Of a DNA stretch of 42,282 bases, positions 14,001-22,213 are shown piece after piece. Both the position numbers and the translations under genes were made by a program. Each line of letters starts with the position of its first letter. Within the stretch, counting starts at the first letter, position 1. A model generated the notes under the pieces. It was not told the origin of the DNA. It made no database searches and saw only the letters and a program-made list of their open reading frames with translations. The stretch is from a virus, in the IMG/VR virus record IMGVR_UViG_3300045988_004668. The stretch is one strand, 5' to 3'.

Positions 14001-17000
14001 AGATGCCGTCGTCTCCCTGGCCGTCTGCCTTCTTGGCCCAGTCTTCATGCTCCGTCAAGAACTCGCGCAGCTGCTTTGTGGCGCTTACCGTGTAGTCGCG
14101 GATGTCCCGCTCGCCCTTCTCCAGCTGCTTGGCCATGGAGTACCACGCGCTGTTCGGGTTCCAGCCTGCCATGCGCTGCATCACGTTCATCGGAGAGAGC
14201 TGTTCCTGGTTGAACAGGCTGTCCAGCTTCTTTCCCTGGCGCGCCGCTTCGCCTGCCTTCGTCTGTGCGCCAAAGTCCAGCTCTTTCTTGCTGTCCGTGT
14301 AGACCTCTGCGAACAGCCGGTTCATGTCGTCGTTGATGACGTTGTTCCGGTTGTAGAACTCCGTCCGCAGTCCGACGGCTGCCTTATACAAATCCTGCAG
14401 CGCGTTCAAATCCATGTCCGCGATCTTCTTGTTGTCCAGGCGGTGAACGATCTTCTCCAGCTCTTTCGACGGCAGGAAGTTCGGGTCGTTTGCCTGTGCG
14501 TCCTTATACATCTCGGCCAGGTCTTTCCACGTCGCGTCGTATTTCTTGGAATAGCGCATCTCGTTTGCTGCGCTCACTGCGTAGATGTCCAGGTCTCCGA
14601 GCACCTCGTCCCAGGTTCCCTGCAGTTCCTCCGGCGCCCGGTACTGATTCTTGGCCAGCCACTGCAGTGCCTTCAGCGTCTTCTTCTGCTGCTCCTTCAG
14701 CTCGCGGTATTCCCGCTGCCGCTGGCTCATCTCCTTGCGCTGCTGCCGCTCCTTCGCGCGGCTGAGTGCTTCGCGCTGCCGGGCGGCTGCCGACTTCTCC
14801 CGCTCCTGCGCGATCTTCACGCCGGTTCTGTCTCGCAGATGAACCTCCAGCTTTGCTGTCCGCGTGAACGTGCGCAGTGCTTCGTCCATCTGTCGCTCGA
14901 TGTTATCCAGGACTTCGTCTTCCGAAACATATTCCTGCCCGGCCAGAAGAGCGGTGTACTGTGCCAGGCTCATGTTCTGGCTCTTGCCTTCTTCCGCCGT
15001 CTGCACAATGTTCTCCAGAATCTCCCGGCTGTCCAGATCGTCCGCATGGAACATCCCCGGCAGCGTGTCTGCAAGCTCTGCGTTGACCATGTCGATACCA
15101 GCTGCGCTCGTATCGTTTACCAGCATAACGCCTGCTGCAAATGCCTTCTTCCGGAAATAGCCCCAGTCGTCTCCGAACTCATGCTTCACGCTCTCCGGCA
15201 CATAGATGCGACGCCCCGCAATCTCCGACCGTGCCTGCTGCAGATACTCATCCGCTGCCACTTCCATGACGCCTTCTGCATACATCCGGTCGAAGAAGGC
15301 GTCCCGGTCTTCCTGCGTCAGTTCGCCGTTCTTGAGCATCCGGTCTGCCAGGCCGTCGATGATCTGGTTGATCTCTGCCCGCCGTCCTTCCGGAATGGAG
15401 AAGATGCCCTGCATATCCTGCCGCAGATTCCGCTTTGCAATGATCGGCAGACTTTCTGCTACCGGCTTCGTCTCGTTCTTCTTGCGCGGCTTTTTCTCCT
15501 TCTGCTCAGGCTCTGCCGGTTTGCTCTCCGACGCCTGCTCGATCTCGCCGCCGGTTTCTGCCTGCGGTTCGTCCACGGAGAAACGCATACCCTTCAGACT
15601 TCTGGCGATCTCCATGCGCTGCTCGTCGTTCCCGGCCTCGTACTCGATGACGTTCAAGCCCGCCGCCTTCATTTTCTCCAGCCGTTCCGGCGGGCAATCA
15701 TCCGGCGCAATGCAGACCGGCTCGTCGAATGTGACCACGCGCTGCGGCTTTGCCTCGAAATATCCCGTCGGCATTTCTGCCGCCTGGCGGTACATACCGG
15801 CAATCTCCGTGGCAAGCCCGCCGTCGATGTTATACCCCTGCCTGCTGAAGGCCTGCTGGATGCGCATGGCGTCCTGCCCGGCGTTCTCCATGAGAAGGCC
15901 CGCGATCTCATCCATGTCATAGCTTCCGGCCGTCTTCTGCACATCTGCAACGATGCCCCCGATGCGCTTGTCCAGCTCCTGCAGCAGCCGGTTATATTCC
16001 TCTTCCGGCATATTCTGCAGGCGGCCCTCGTCTGCATGGATGGCGTCCACGCTTTTGTATCTCGGCGTCGCGACAGATAAGATTCCCTTGGCGCCCACGC
16101 CCCAGTAGCTCTCGCCCCTGGCGCTCGCCCGGTTCATCGCTTTTACGATGTTCTCCGCCGTGTACGCGCCGTGCGTTTCCCGGAAGCTCCTGCGCTTGCC
16201 GGAAGCCGTGAAGCGTTCCTTCCCATTGTAGATGCCCGGCTCACCCAGCACGCCGCGAATCTGTCCGCGTACCCACGCCTCGACGTCTGCATCGTCCACC
16301 GCCTCGCGGAGCTTATCCTGCGTGGCATAGCGGTCTACGCCGTCGCGCGTCTGGCCACCGTCTTCATAAAGCGCTTCTGCGTTCCGGATGAAATCCTCTA
16401 CACGTGCGTCGCTGATCTTGTCCCGCTGCCGTGCAGTGCGCGTCTCGCGCAGCTCCGGCCTGCGGCTGAGCGCATATTCATGGTCTGCAATCCAGGAGGC
16501 CATGATGCTCTCGCGTGCCGTTTCCAGCTCTGCCGCTGTCAACCGCTCGCCGGTCTCCAGCTTCACATACAGCTGCGCCAGCTCCTGTGCGCCGATTTTC
16601 TCCGTGTACTCCTGCAGCGCCAGATTGCCGAAACTATCCCAGACTTTCTCCTTCAGTACAGGCTCGATGTCTTTGCCTTGCTCTGCAAGATATGCAGCCC
16701 GCACGGCGTCGTCTCTGGCCAGCTGTTTTGCAAGCTCCGCTTCGTCCATTCTGGCCACTTCGCCCACGCGGCCGCTGATGACGCTGTAACGGGAGAAGAT
16801 GCCGCCCGCCACCTGGTTTGCCAGCTGCGCGATCTTCTGCTCTGCGGCGCGTCCGGCCTCGTAGTTCACCTCCCGCTCGACGATTGCGTTTGCTGCCGTC
16901 GGCGTCCAGGCGTCTGCCCCGTAGACCTTGTTGCGCCGGTCTGCCTGCGGGTCGATGCTCTGGCGAGGGAAGACCAGCGTATAGTCTCCGTATTGCGTAT

Positions 17001-20000
17001 GCCCCTGGCTCGCCTTCACAATGGCGACCGACGGCGATGGGATAGCGCCGAGCTGCAGCATACTGTCCATCTTCTTGCCGTCCAGATTGTGAATGGCCAT
17101 CAAGTCCTGCGTCTGCTCAACCGGCTCGTCCAAAGAGAACCGGGCCTTGACAGGCAGCCGCTTCTCTGCTACACTGGCCTCAGAAGCATCTGTGGGCACC
17201 CTAACAGGGCGGTTTTCCGCTTTAGCTGTACCATTCTGGTACTGACGGGGAGGCGCAGGTGCTTTCTTTTCGTTCTCATTCAGCTGGATGGAGTACACAA
17301 ATTCTCCATCCGGCTTTTTCCGTACATTTGCCAGCAGGTCATAGACCCGTCCGTCGATTTGCACGGTCTTCACGAAATATTCCCAACCTGTAAGTCCCTG
17401 GTGCGCTTCGGATGTTTTGCCCTGTTCTTTGCCGCTTCCGCCGTGCTCTGCGTTTTCGACCAGATCAAAAATGTTCCCGTCCGCTCCTGTGTTGATCTTC
17501 GCCTTCCAGCCTCTTGGCGAAGACTTCTTATCGCCGTAGACGTTCTTCCGCAAATCATTCTCATCGAATGTCGCGTAATAGACTTCACCATCTCGCGCTG
17601 TGAACTTCGCTGTGCGGCCTGCGTATTCATTCCGCATGATGTCCATAAAGGCTTCCATGCGCTTCTTGTACGGCAGCTTGCGGACGGCCTCGCTGGTTTC
17701 ATACACTTCAGTCCCGTCGTCCGTCTTTCCGACGTAATCCAGGCTGTCGCTCAGATCGGCATAGACCGTGTTCTCATCAGCTCTGGCAGGCGGTGCCGCG
17801 CGGCGCTGCTCCGGTGTCAGCTCCCGGCGGCTGGCTGCGTCTCGCGCTTCAATCTCGCCTGCGGTATTGCGGTAAAGATCGTAGCTGTCCATCCCCACGC
17901 CGTTCTGAATGTCAATGATGCTGTCTTCCAGCTCTCCGATCTTCGCTTCAATGGCGTCGTCTTCCGCCGTCCACCGGTTCAAATCCCACGGCAGCTGTTC
18001 TTCCAGCCTGGCGATCTCTTCCCGGATGTCCGCAATTCTCGCTTCCTTCGCCTCGTCCCGGTGCTGCTGCCAATACTCCGGCGATGCGCCGCTCGCAAAC
18101 CCTTCTGCCTTCTGAATGGCGTGCTGGATTTCGTGGATGATCGTCGCCTCTGGTGCCGAGCGCAGCTTGCTGTCCAGCGCGATCTTGTTCTCGCTTGGAG
18201 AGAAATAGCCCTGCGTATTGCCCGGCAGCTCCTTGAACTCTACACGCACGTTGCGCAGCTGCGGGTACGCCTGGAACAGTTCCTCGTGATCGATGACGTC
18301 CTCCAGCGTTGCGCTGCCTCTGTCTACGCGCTCGCTTAGTCTCCCGTATTCTCGGCCCCAGGTCTTGTCCAACTCCTGAAGGCGCCCCTGGTCTTCCGGC
18401 TTCCACGCTTCTGCAGAACCGGTGAGCATCTTGTCCACGAGCTTCTGATATTCCGCATAGTCCGGGTGGTTCCGGCTGAAGGCTGCGTCTCCGCCGCGAT
18501 GATACTTCATCTTGCTGTCGTCGATCTCGAAACGCAGCTTTCCTTCCATGCCGGTGTGCCAGCCGGTTTCCTTTCGCACGCGCTCATCGTCTTCGCCCTG
18601 CATCTGAAGCTCCTGTGCGCGGGCGAGTGTCTTCTGATCTGCTGTGTTTGCATTCACGCCGCCGTAGCTGTAGCGCTCTGGCGGCCCAGTCCTGCGCTGT
18701 GTCGCCGCTGCCGTCTCGCTGCCCGGCGTGGTGATCTTCCGCTCCTGCAGAACCGCCTGCGCCTCGCTGCGGTACTTGTCGGCGTTCGCGCCGAAGAAGT
18801 TGATTCCCGCGTAAGCGTCCGCGCAGATTTCTTCTTTGACGATGCCGTAAGCCTCGGCCACTTCCTGCCCGGATGCGTGTTCCGGCAGATCGTACACACC
18901 GCGCAGGTTCTTGAGGTACTTGTCCATTATCGCGTCGAACTCTTCCCGGCTGTACTGTTCGACGATGGCCCGCTCGATCTGCCGCACAAGCCCCGGATTG
19001 TTGGCCGCGTAATCATGGAAGGCCTCGTGGTCTGCGATCTGGTCGATGTTCAGATAGCGGTGGTCTGCCTGGATGATGATGCCGTTTTCTGTGTAGACGC
19101 CGCGTGCCGCGCTCACCGAGCCATCTGCCTGGCGGATGCGGATGGAACCGAGCACATACGTCACCGGTTTCCCGGTCTCATAGGAAATGCGCTGCGCCGT
19201 CTGCTGCATCTGCGCATCCCAGTGAGATTCCGGCATGACCTGAATCTCGCGTTCCTCCGTTCCGTTCGGCAGGCCCAGGCTCTGGCTGCTTACTTTTTCG
19301 AGCCGTAGAGTTCGTCCAAGATTCTCTCTTTCAACAGCTGTTCTGCCCTGGTTAAAGGTGCGTTGTGGTCTGCCTTCTGCCAGGATTCCACTCTGTCCGC
19401 CGGTACTCTCACCGAGAATCCGTCCGCCGTCTCCATCAGGTAGCTGCTCGCTCTGCTGTTCTGTGCCTGGCTGCTGCCCGGCTGGAAGCTGTTCTGTGCC
19501 ATTGTTCATTCCTCCTTCATGCGTTGTTGCTTCATTCTGTACGCCGGGCTGCTGGCTCCCTGGCACCTGCTGCGCGGCAGTGTTGACCGGCTGCTGATTT
19601 TGTGCCTGCACGTTTCCGGACACGACCGCTTCGATGTCCGCGTCCGTCATCTGCCGCATGACGTTCTGCACTTCCGGGAAAGAAAGCAGCTTGCTGAGAA
19701 CTTCGCCATCTGTGATCTGCCCGCGATAGAACGCCTCAATGCCGCGTGCCATCGACTGTGCGCGTTTTCCGCTCACGCCCATGGTCTCCAGGCGTTCCAG
19801 CGGTGTGGCAGTCTGTTCGGTCTGCACCTGCTGCGGCGTCAGCAGCCCAGCTTCCTGCTGCGTGCTCTGTTCCAACTGCTGCGGCTGCACGGCTGCGGCC
19901 TGCGCCGCCGTCGGAAGACTTGGCTGCTGTGCCTGCTGGTTTTGTTCCGCTGCCTGCACTGCAATCTGCGCAGCCGCTGCCGCTGCGTTCCCATTTTGCA

Positions 20001-22203
20001 GAGCCTGCCCGCTCTCCGGCGGCTGTGTGTTCTGCGTTCCAGCCTGTGCCTGCTGCAGTCCCTGCTGGATGGCGGTCTGCAGCTCCTGCTCCACCTGCTT
20101 CTGCATCTGCGGGTCTGTCGGTGTCGTTGGCAGGTCTGCCGCCGTTGGCAGCTGGCCCGTGCTTCCGCCGCCCGGCAGCATGACGTTCGGTGTCTGCATG
20201 GCGCTGGACGCCGCAGCGTACCCGTTGACATACGCCCGCATCGCCTCGTCGATGAGATCGAGCGTTTCATTCAGATTGTCCACGGCCTTCTGCTGGCCCG
20301 CAATGTAATAGCTGTTGACGCTTTCACGCAGGCTCTGCGTCTGCTGCATGATGAACTGCGCCCGCTGCGCCTTTGCTTCCGGCGTCATGTTTTCCGTTCC
20401 GGCCGTCATTGCGCGGTATCCCTGCTCAATGGCCTGGTATGCCTGGTTCATCTGCGCCTTCTGCTGCTGTGTCGTCTGGTAGCTGCTGATTGCGCTGCTC
20501 AGCACAGAGAACGCAAACGCCGTCACGAGGTTTGTGGCGATCTCTTCTTTCGTCGGCTTTTCATCTGCCGCAAGATAGCCGACCGCCTGGTTCACGCTCG
20601 CGTTCGTCACGCCGCTTGCTGTCTGCCGTAAAAACTCCATGAACGGCGTCATCTTATGCGTATCACGCAGCACGTTGGCAAGCCCTGTTCCTACCAGTCC
20701 GCCTGCCAGGTTGCCAGCCATGCCCTGTGCGCCGCTGATGGCAATGCGTTTGAGGTAATCTTCCGTGCTCATGTCGCCCATGGCGGCTGCGCCTGCATTG
20801 TGTACGGCGTCAGCTCCGGCAAAGCTCAGCGCTCCCGCCGCCACCTTGAAGCCGAGGCTGCCGGTGTTCATTCCTGCTGCCGCAAGCCCGGCGCCCGCCG
20901 CTTCTCCGATGCCGGACATCAGCGCCAGACTTCCCGCGATCTTCGCGCCGCCCGCGAGCACCGGATGCTCTGCCTGCGCCCGCTGCGCGTTTTCCATCTG
21001 CCGGTGATACTCATCCTCGTTCGCGCCGAGCGCTTTTCCGACTGCAGCCGCAGCCGATGTCACACCCAGTCCCTCCTGCAGCCCGCTCGCAACCGCCGTC
21101 TGCTTGGAGTACAGTCTTGTGTAAAGAACATCGTAAATCTGCTGCCACTGCTTTGCCGCCTCTGTGTCACCCTTGCGCATCGCTTCCTGATACGGCGCAA
21201 AGGCCGTCACATTCTGCTCATAGCCTAGAAGCCCGCCGAACCCGCTCTGCGTGCCGATGATCTCTTCTGCCTCCTGCTTCTGGCGTTTCGTCCAGATTCC
21301 CGGAACGCTTGCCAGCGCAATGAGCCGGTCTTTATACCGTCCCACATTTTTCGCGGTGTACGTCTCCGGCCGCTTCGTGCCCTGCATCTGGCTCTCGCTC
21401 TCCTGGCGGTCGATCTCGTCCTGCAGCTCCTGGATGCGCCGGTCTGTTTCACTCTGCGCAGACTCCGCCTGGAAGGTTGGCAGCGTCGAATCGCTGGCTT
21501 TGCCCAGCATGGAAAGAATACTGGGCTGCTGCGCCTGCTCCTGCTTCTTCTGGCTCTCCAAGATGGCGAGCGTCCGCTTCATGCCCTGCAGCTGATCGTG
21601 CGCCACCGCTTCGTCCAGCGCCTTCTCGCGCTGCGTGGTGTAGTAATAATCCTGCGCATCATGCAGCTTTTCTGCGTAGCTGTTCGCAGCATCCACTGTG
21701 TCGAATACACCCAGGAACTCCCCGGTGTCGTAGAAGTGCTGCAGAATTTCGTCTCCGTCGCTGCTTCGGTATGCCTTCCCGTCTTTCATCCAGACCGACG
21801 GAAGCAACACCTCCTTGCCCTGAATGTTGAAGCTCGTGCTGTCCACGGTCGAGATGCTGCCGTCGGCGTTCCGATACTGCGGCCGGTTGTAAAGGTCGAT
21901 GTTGCCCACGCCATACTGGCCGATCTCCTGGTTGTATCGTTCCTTCTGCCGCTGAGAAGTTGGGGCCGGTGCGCCGAGTCCTGCAATGCTGGCAGGCGTT
22001 GCCGTCCGGTCGAATCCGCTTCTCTCGCTCTGAGGGGCCTTCTGCTCCTGCGCCTGGCGGCGCTGCTGTGCGGCGCTCTGCGCCTGGCGGATGAAGTCCT
22101 GCTTATTGAGGACGCCACCGGCCTCCTGGCCGGTGGTCTGTTCCCAGTTGCTCTGCTGCTTGTCCGCTTTGTTCAGGAAAGATTTCTTGGAAATAACGCT
22201 CAT
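11083..22203 (-). CDS. Giant 3,706-aa multidomain virion/ejection-type polyvalent protein
   Basis: A single uninterrupted ORF with AGGAGG before the ATG at 22203. It carries an N-terminal NIDLYNRP-type module, Gly/Ala-rich hydrophobic segments, Gln/Ala-rich linkers and two HExxH motifs (HEAFH, HEIQH). Repeated xFSxDEP-delimited modules occur, and there is a second hydrophobic segment near the C-terminus. Confidence 0.85.
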   Translation of the reverse strand: MSVISKKSFLNKADKQQSNWEQTTGQEAGGVLNKQDFIRQAQSAAQQRRQAQEQKAPQSERSGFDRTATPASIAGLGAPAPTSQRQKERYNQEIGQYGVGNIDLYNRPQYRNADGSISTVDSTSFNIQGKEVLLPSVWMKDGKAYRSSDGDEILQHFYDTGEFLGVFDTVDAANSYAEKLHDAQDYYYTTQREKALDEAVAHDQLQGMKRTLAILESQKKQEQAQQPSILSMLGKASDSTLPTFQAESAQSETDRRIQELQDEIDRQESESQMQGTKRPETYTAKNVGRYKDRLIALASVPGIWTKRQKQEAEEIIGTQSGFGGLLGYEQNVTAFAPYQEAMRKGDTEAAKQWQQIYDVLYTRLYSKQTAVASGLQEGLGVTSAAAAVGKALGANEDEYHRQMENAQRAQAEHPVLAGGAKIAGSLALMSGIGEAAGAGLAAAGMNTGSLGFKVAAGALSFAGADAVHNAGAAAMGDMSTEDYLKRIAISGAQGMAGNLAGGLVGTGLANVLRDTHKMTPFMEFLRQTASGVTNASVNQAVGYLAADEKPTKEEIATNLVTAFAFSVLSSAISSYQTTQQQKAQMNQAYQAIEQGYRAMTAGTENMTPEAKAQRAQFIMQQTQSLRESVNSYYIAGQQKAVDNLNETLDLIDEAMRAYVNGYAAASSAMQTPNVMLPGGGSTGQLPTAADLPTTPTDPQMQKQVEQELQTAIQQGLQQAQAGTQNTQPPESGQALQNGNAAAAAAQIAVQAAEQNQQAQQPSLPTAAQAAAVQPQQLEQSTQQEAGLLTPQQVQTEQTATPLERLETMGVSGKRAQSMARGIEAFYRGQITDGEVLSKLLSFPEVQNVMRQMTDADIEAVVSGNVQAQNQQPVNTAAQQVPGSQQPGVQNEATTHEGGMNNGTEQLPAGQQPGTEQQSEQLPDGDGGRILGESTGGQSGILAEGRPQRTFNQGRTAVERENLGRTLRLEKVSSQSLGLPNGTEEREIQVMPESHWDAQMQQTAQRISYETGKPVTYVLGSIRIRQADGSVSAARGVYTENGIIIQADHRYLNIDQIADHEAFHDYAANNPGLVRQIERAIVEQYSREEFDAIMDKYLKNLRGVYDLPEHASGQEVAEAYGIVKEEICADAYAGINFFGANADKYRSEAQAVLQERKITTPGSETAAATQRRTGPPERYSYGGVNANTADQKTLARAQELQMQGEDDERVRKETGWHTGMEGKLRFEIDDSKMKYHRGGDAAFSRNHPDYAEYQKLVDKMLTGSAEAWKPEDQGRLQELDKTWGREYGRLSERVDRGSATLEDVIDHEELFQAYPQLRNVRVEFKELPGNTQGYFSPSENKIALDSKLRSAPEATIIHEIQHAIQKAEGFASGASPEYWQQHRDEAKEARIADIREEIARLEEQLPWDLNRWTAEDDAIEAKIGELEDSIIDIQNGVGMDSYDLYRNTAGEIEARDAASRRELTPEQRRAAPPARADENTVYADLSDSLDYVGKTDDGTEVYETSEAVRKLPYKKRMEAFMDIMRNEYAGRTAKFTARDGEVYYATFDENDLRKNVYGDKKSSPRGWKAKINTGADGNIFDLVENAEHGGSGKEQGKTSEAHQGLTGWEYFVKTVQIDGRVYDLLANVRKKPDGEFVYSIQLNENEKKAPAPPRQYQNGTAKAENRPVRVPTDASEASVAEKRLPVKARFSLDEPVEQTQDLMAIHNLDGKKMDSMLQLGAIPSPSVAIVKASQGHTQYGDYTLVFPRQSIDPQADRRNKVYGADAWTPTAANAIVEREVNYEAGRAAEQKIAQLANQVAGGIFSRYSVISGRVGEVARMDEAELAKQLARDDAVRAAYLAEQGKDIEPVLKEKVWDSFGNLALQEYTEKIGAQELAQLYVKLETGERLTAAELETARESIMASWIADHEYALSRRPELRETRTARQRDKISDARVEDFIRNAEALYEDGGQTRDGVDRYATQDKLREAVDDADVEAWVRGQIRGVLGEPGIYNGKERFTASGKRRSFRETHGAYTAENIVKAMNRASARGESYWGVGAKGILSVATPRYKSVDAIHADEGRLQNMPEEEYNRLLQELDKRIGGIVADVQKTAGSYDMDEIAGLLMENAGQDAMRIQQAFSRQGYNIDGGLATEIAGMYRQAAEMPTGYFEAKPQRVVTFDEPVCIAPDDCPPERLEKMKAAGLNVIEYEAGNDEQRMEIARSLKGMRFSVDEPQAETGGEIEQASESKPAEPEQKEKKPRKKNETKPVAESLPIIAKRNLRQDMQGIFSIPEGRRAEINQIIDGLADRMLKNGELTQEDRDAFFDRMYAEGVMEVAADEYLQQARSEIAGRRIYVPESVKHEFGDDWGYFRKKAFAAGVMLVNDTSAAGIDMVNAELADTLPGMFHADDLDSREILENIVQTAEEGKSQNMSLAQYTALLAGQEYVSEDEVLDNIERQMDEALRTFTRTAKLEVHLRDRTGVKIAQEREKSAAARQREALSRAKERQQRKEMSQRQREYRELKEQQKKTLKALQWLAKNQYRAPEELQGTWDEVLGDLDIYAVSAANEMRYSKKYDATWKDLAEMYKDAQANDPNFLPSKELEKIVHRLDNKKIADMDLNALQDLYKAAVGLRTEFYNRNNVINDDMNRLFAEVYTDSKKELDFGAQTKAGEAARQGKKLDSLFNQEQLSPMNVMQRMAGWNPNSAWYSMAKQLEKGERDIRDYTVSATKQLREFLTEHEDWAKKADGQGDDGIWYEVKIPQLVGALEVGKPPKFGDTITVWMTPTQKVHMYLESKSTENLRHMEGGRTFADKTLYSQGKRREAFAQGKTVRMAPETVKAIVGSLTPEEQELAQALEQYYNVFAKKEINRVSNILYGYDKAVSKNYTPIYTNSNYTKSELGVYDATAEGVGNLKSRQFSKNPSYNIGAFDAFERHVEQTARFVGMAIPARNWQTLLNWRERENSMADIITHDWGDESLKYIQDLVQTLQGGAASTRDSVSMGAEKVFSNYIGAVLGANPSIVFKQLGSIPLAGAWLDFKNFPSPGQVKRIDRSLIEKYTQELDWRTLGYSTPETKQLKENPNWTQTNKFTNFIFGGGAITAMDGWAASVLWPWAENKVRAEFPELETGSQEQIDSGSSPFYQKVAEVFNEAVERSQSTSDEMHQGTLRKSKNPVTRAFTMFKSDSSQTYNALRQRAGEAEYYKRIGDTENYNKAKHGLGVAFLAAVGGYIWAQGIEFLMNLWKRKGKAYRDEDGNLTAGSVAKEMALGLVGDLAGIVTYGEELADVIGNIITGDKWYGIDTPGLEQLSDVVETIVEQGQNGLDVLKDAADVVKNGGSMGEYLHRHSGDIVGGIKDLAAAAATYLPGISVNNLEAYLLGTVRWASPELAAAYDDALATANKNQMKGLRGAELERKISDTLHNRRVETDETTNETLASLYESGFTKAVPSDTPGSISVDGEDRKLSAYQKQVYDKTWSSAVGSRLVALAASDVFQTADDETREKMLSGLYEYAGEKAKTAVFDDYKVKTSTQKADDVLATGAEMADYLELKLAGAVDKYLDAIDGGLDAQSAKDVALGMAELAPEEGKKTVSDVQKWRVAIDAVDGTSAQRDALLAVMKDSTKQKYEIADSYGIEARTWVQLKEILPQFDEDGNGSYKGEEIENAIDALNGHSGIMLPGGDGPQQLTNEMRAVLWQLFTGSKSAKNNPYSERVGSQVIAEREKAKRED

Positions 22204-22213
22204 ACTTTCCTCC

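Noticed and set aside
11023-18339. Very long plus-strand ORFs (732, 741 and 722 aa at 11023..13221, 13855..16080 and 16171..18339). Similar ones lie opposite the portal (37982..40075), the target gene (31288..32574) and other genes.
   Set aside because: They are antisense shadows of GC-rich minus-strand genes. They are Arg/Leu/Cys/His-rich, carry no RBS, show no recognisable motifs, and are always fully contained in a well-supported minus-strand gene.
11083-22203. Whether the giant protein is an N4-like virion RNA polymerase or a crAss-type two-barrel polymerase.
   Set aside because: I found no T7-like polymerase motifs and no DxDGD-type metal-binding loop while reading the sequence. The recognisable motifs are zincin-like and tape-measure-like. 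This is only a by-eye exclusion.
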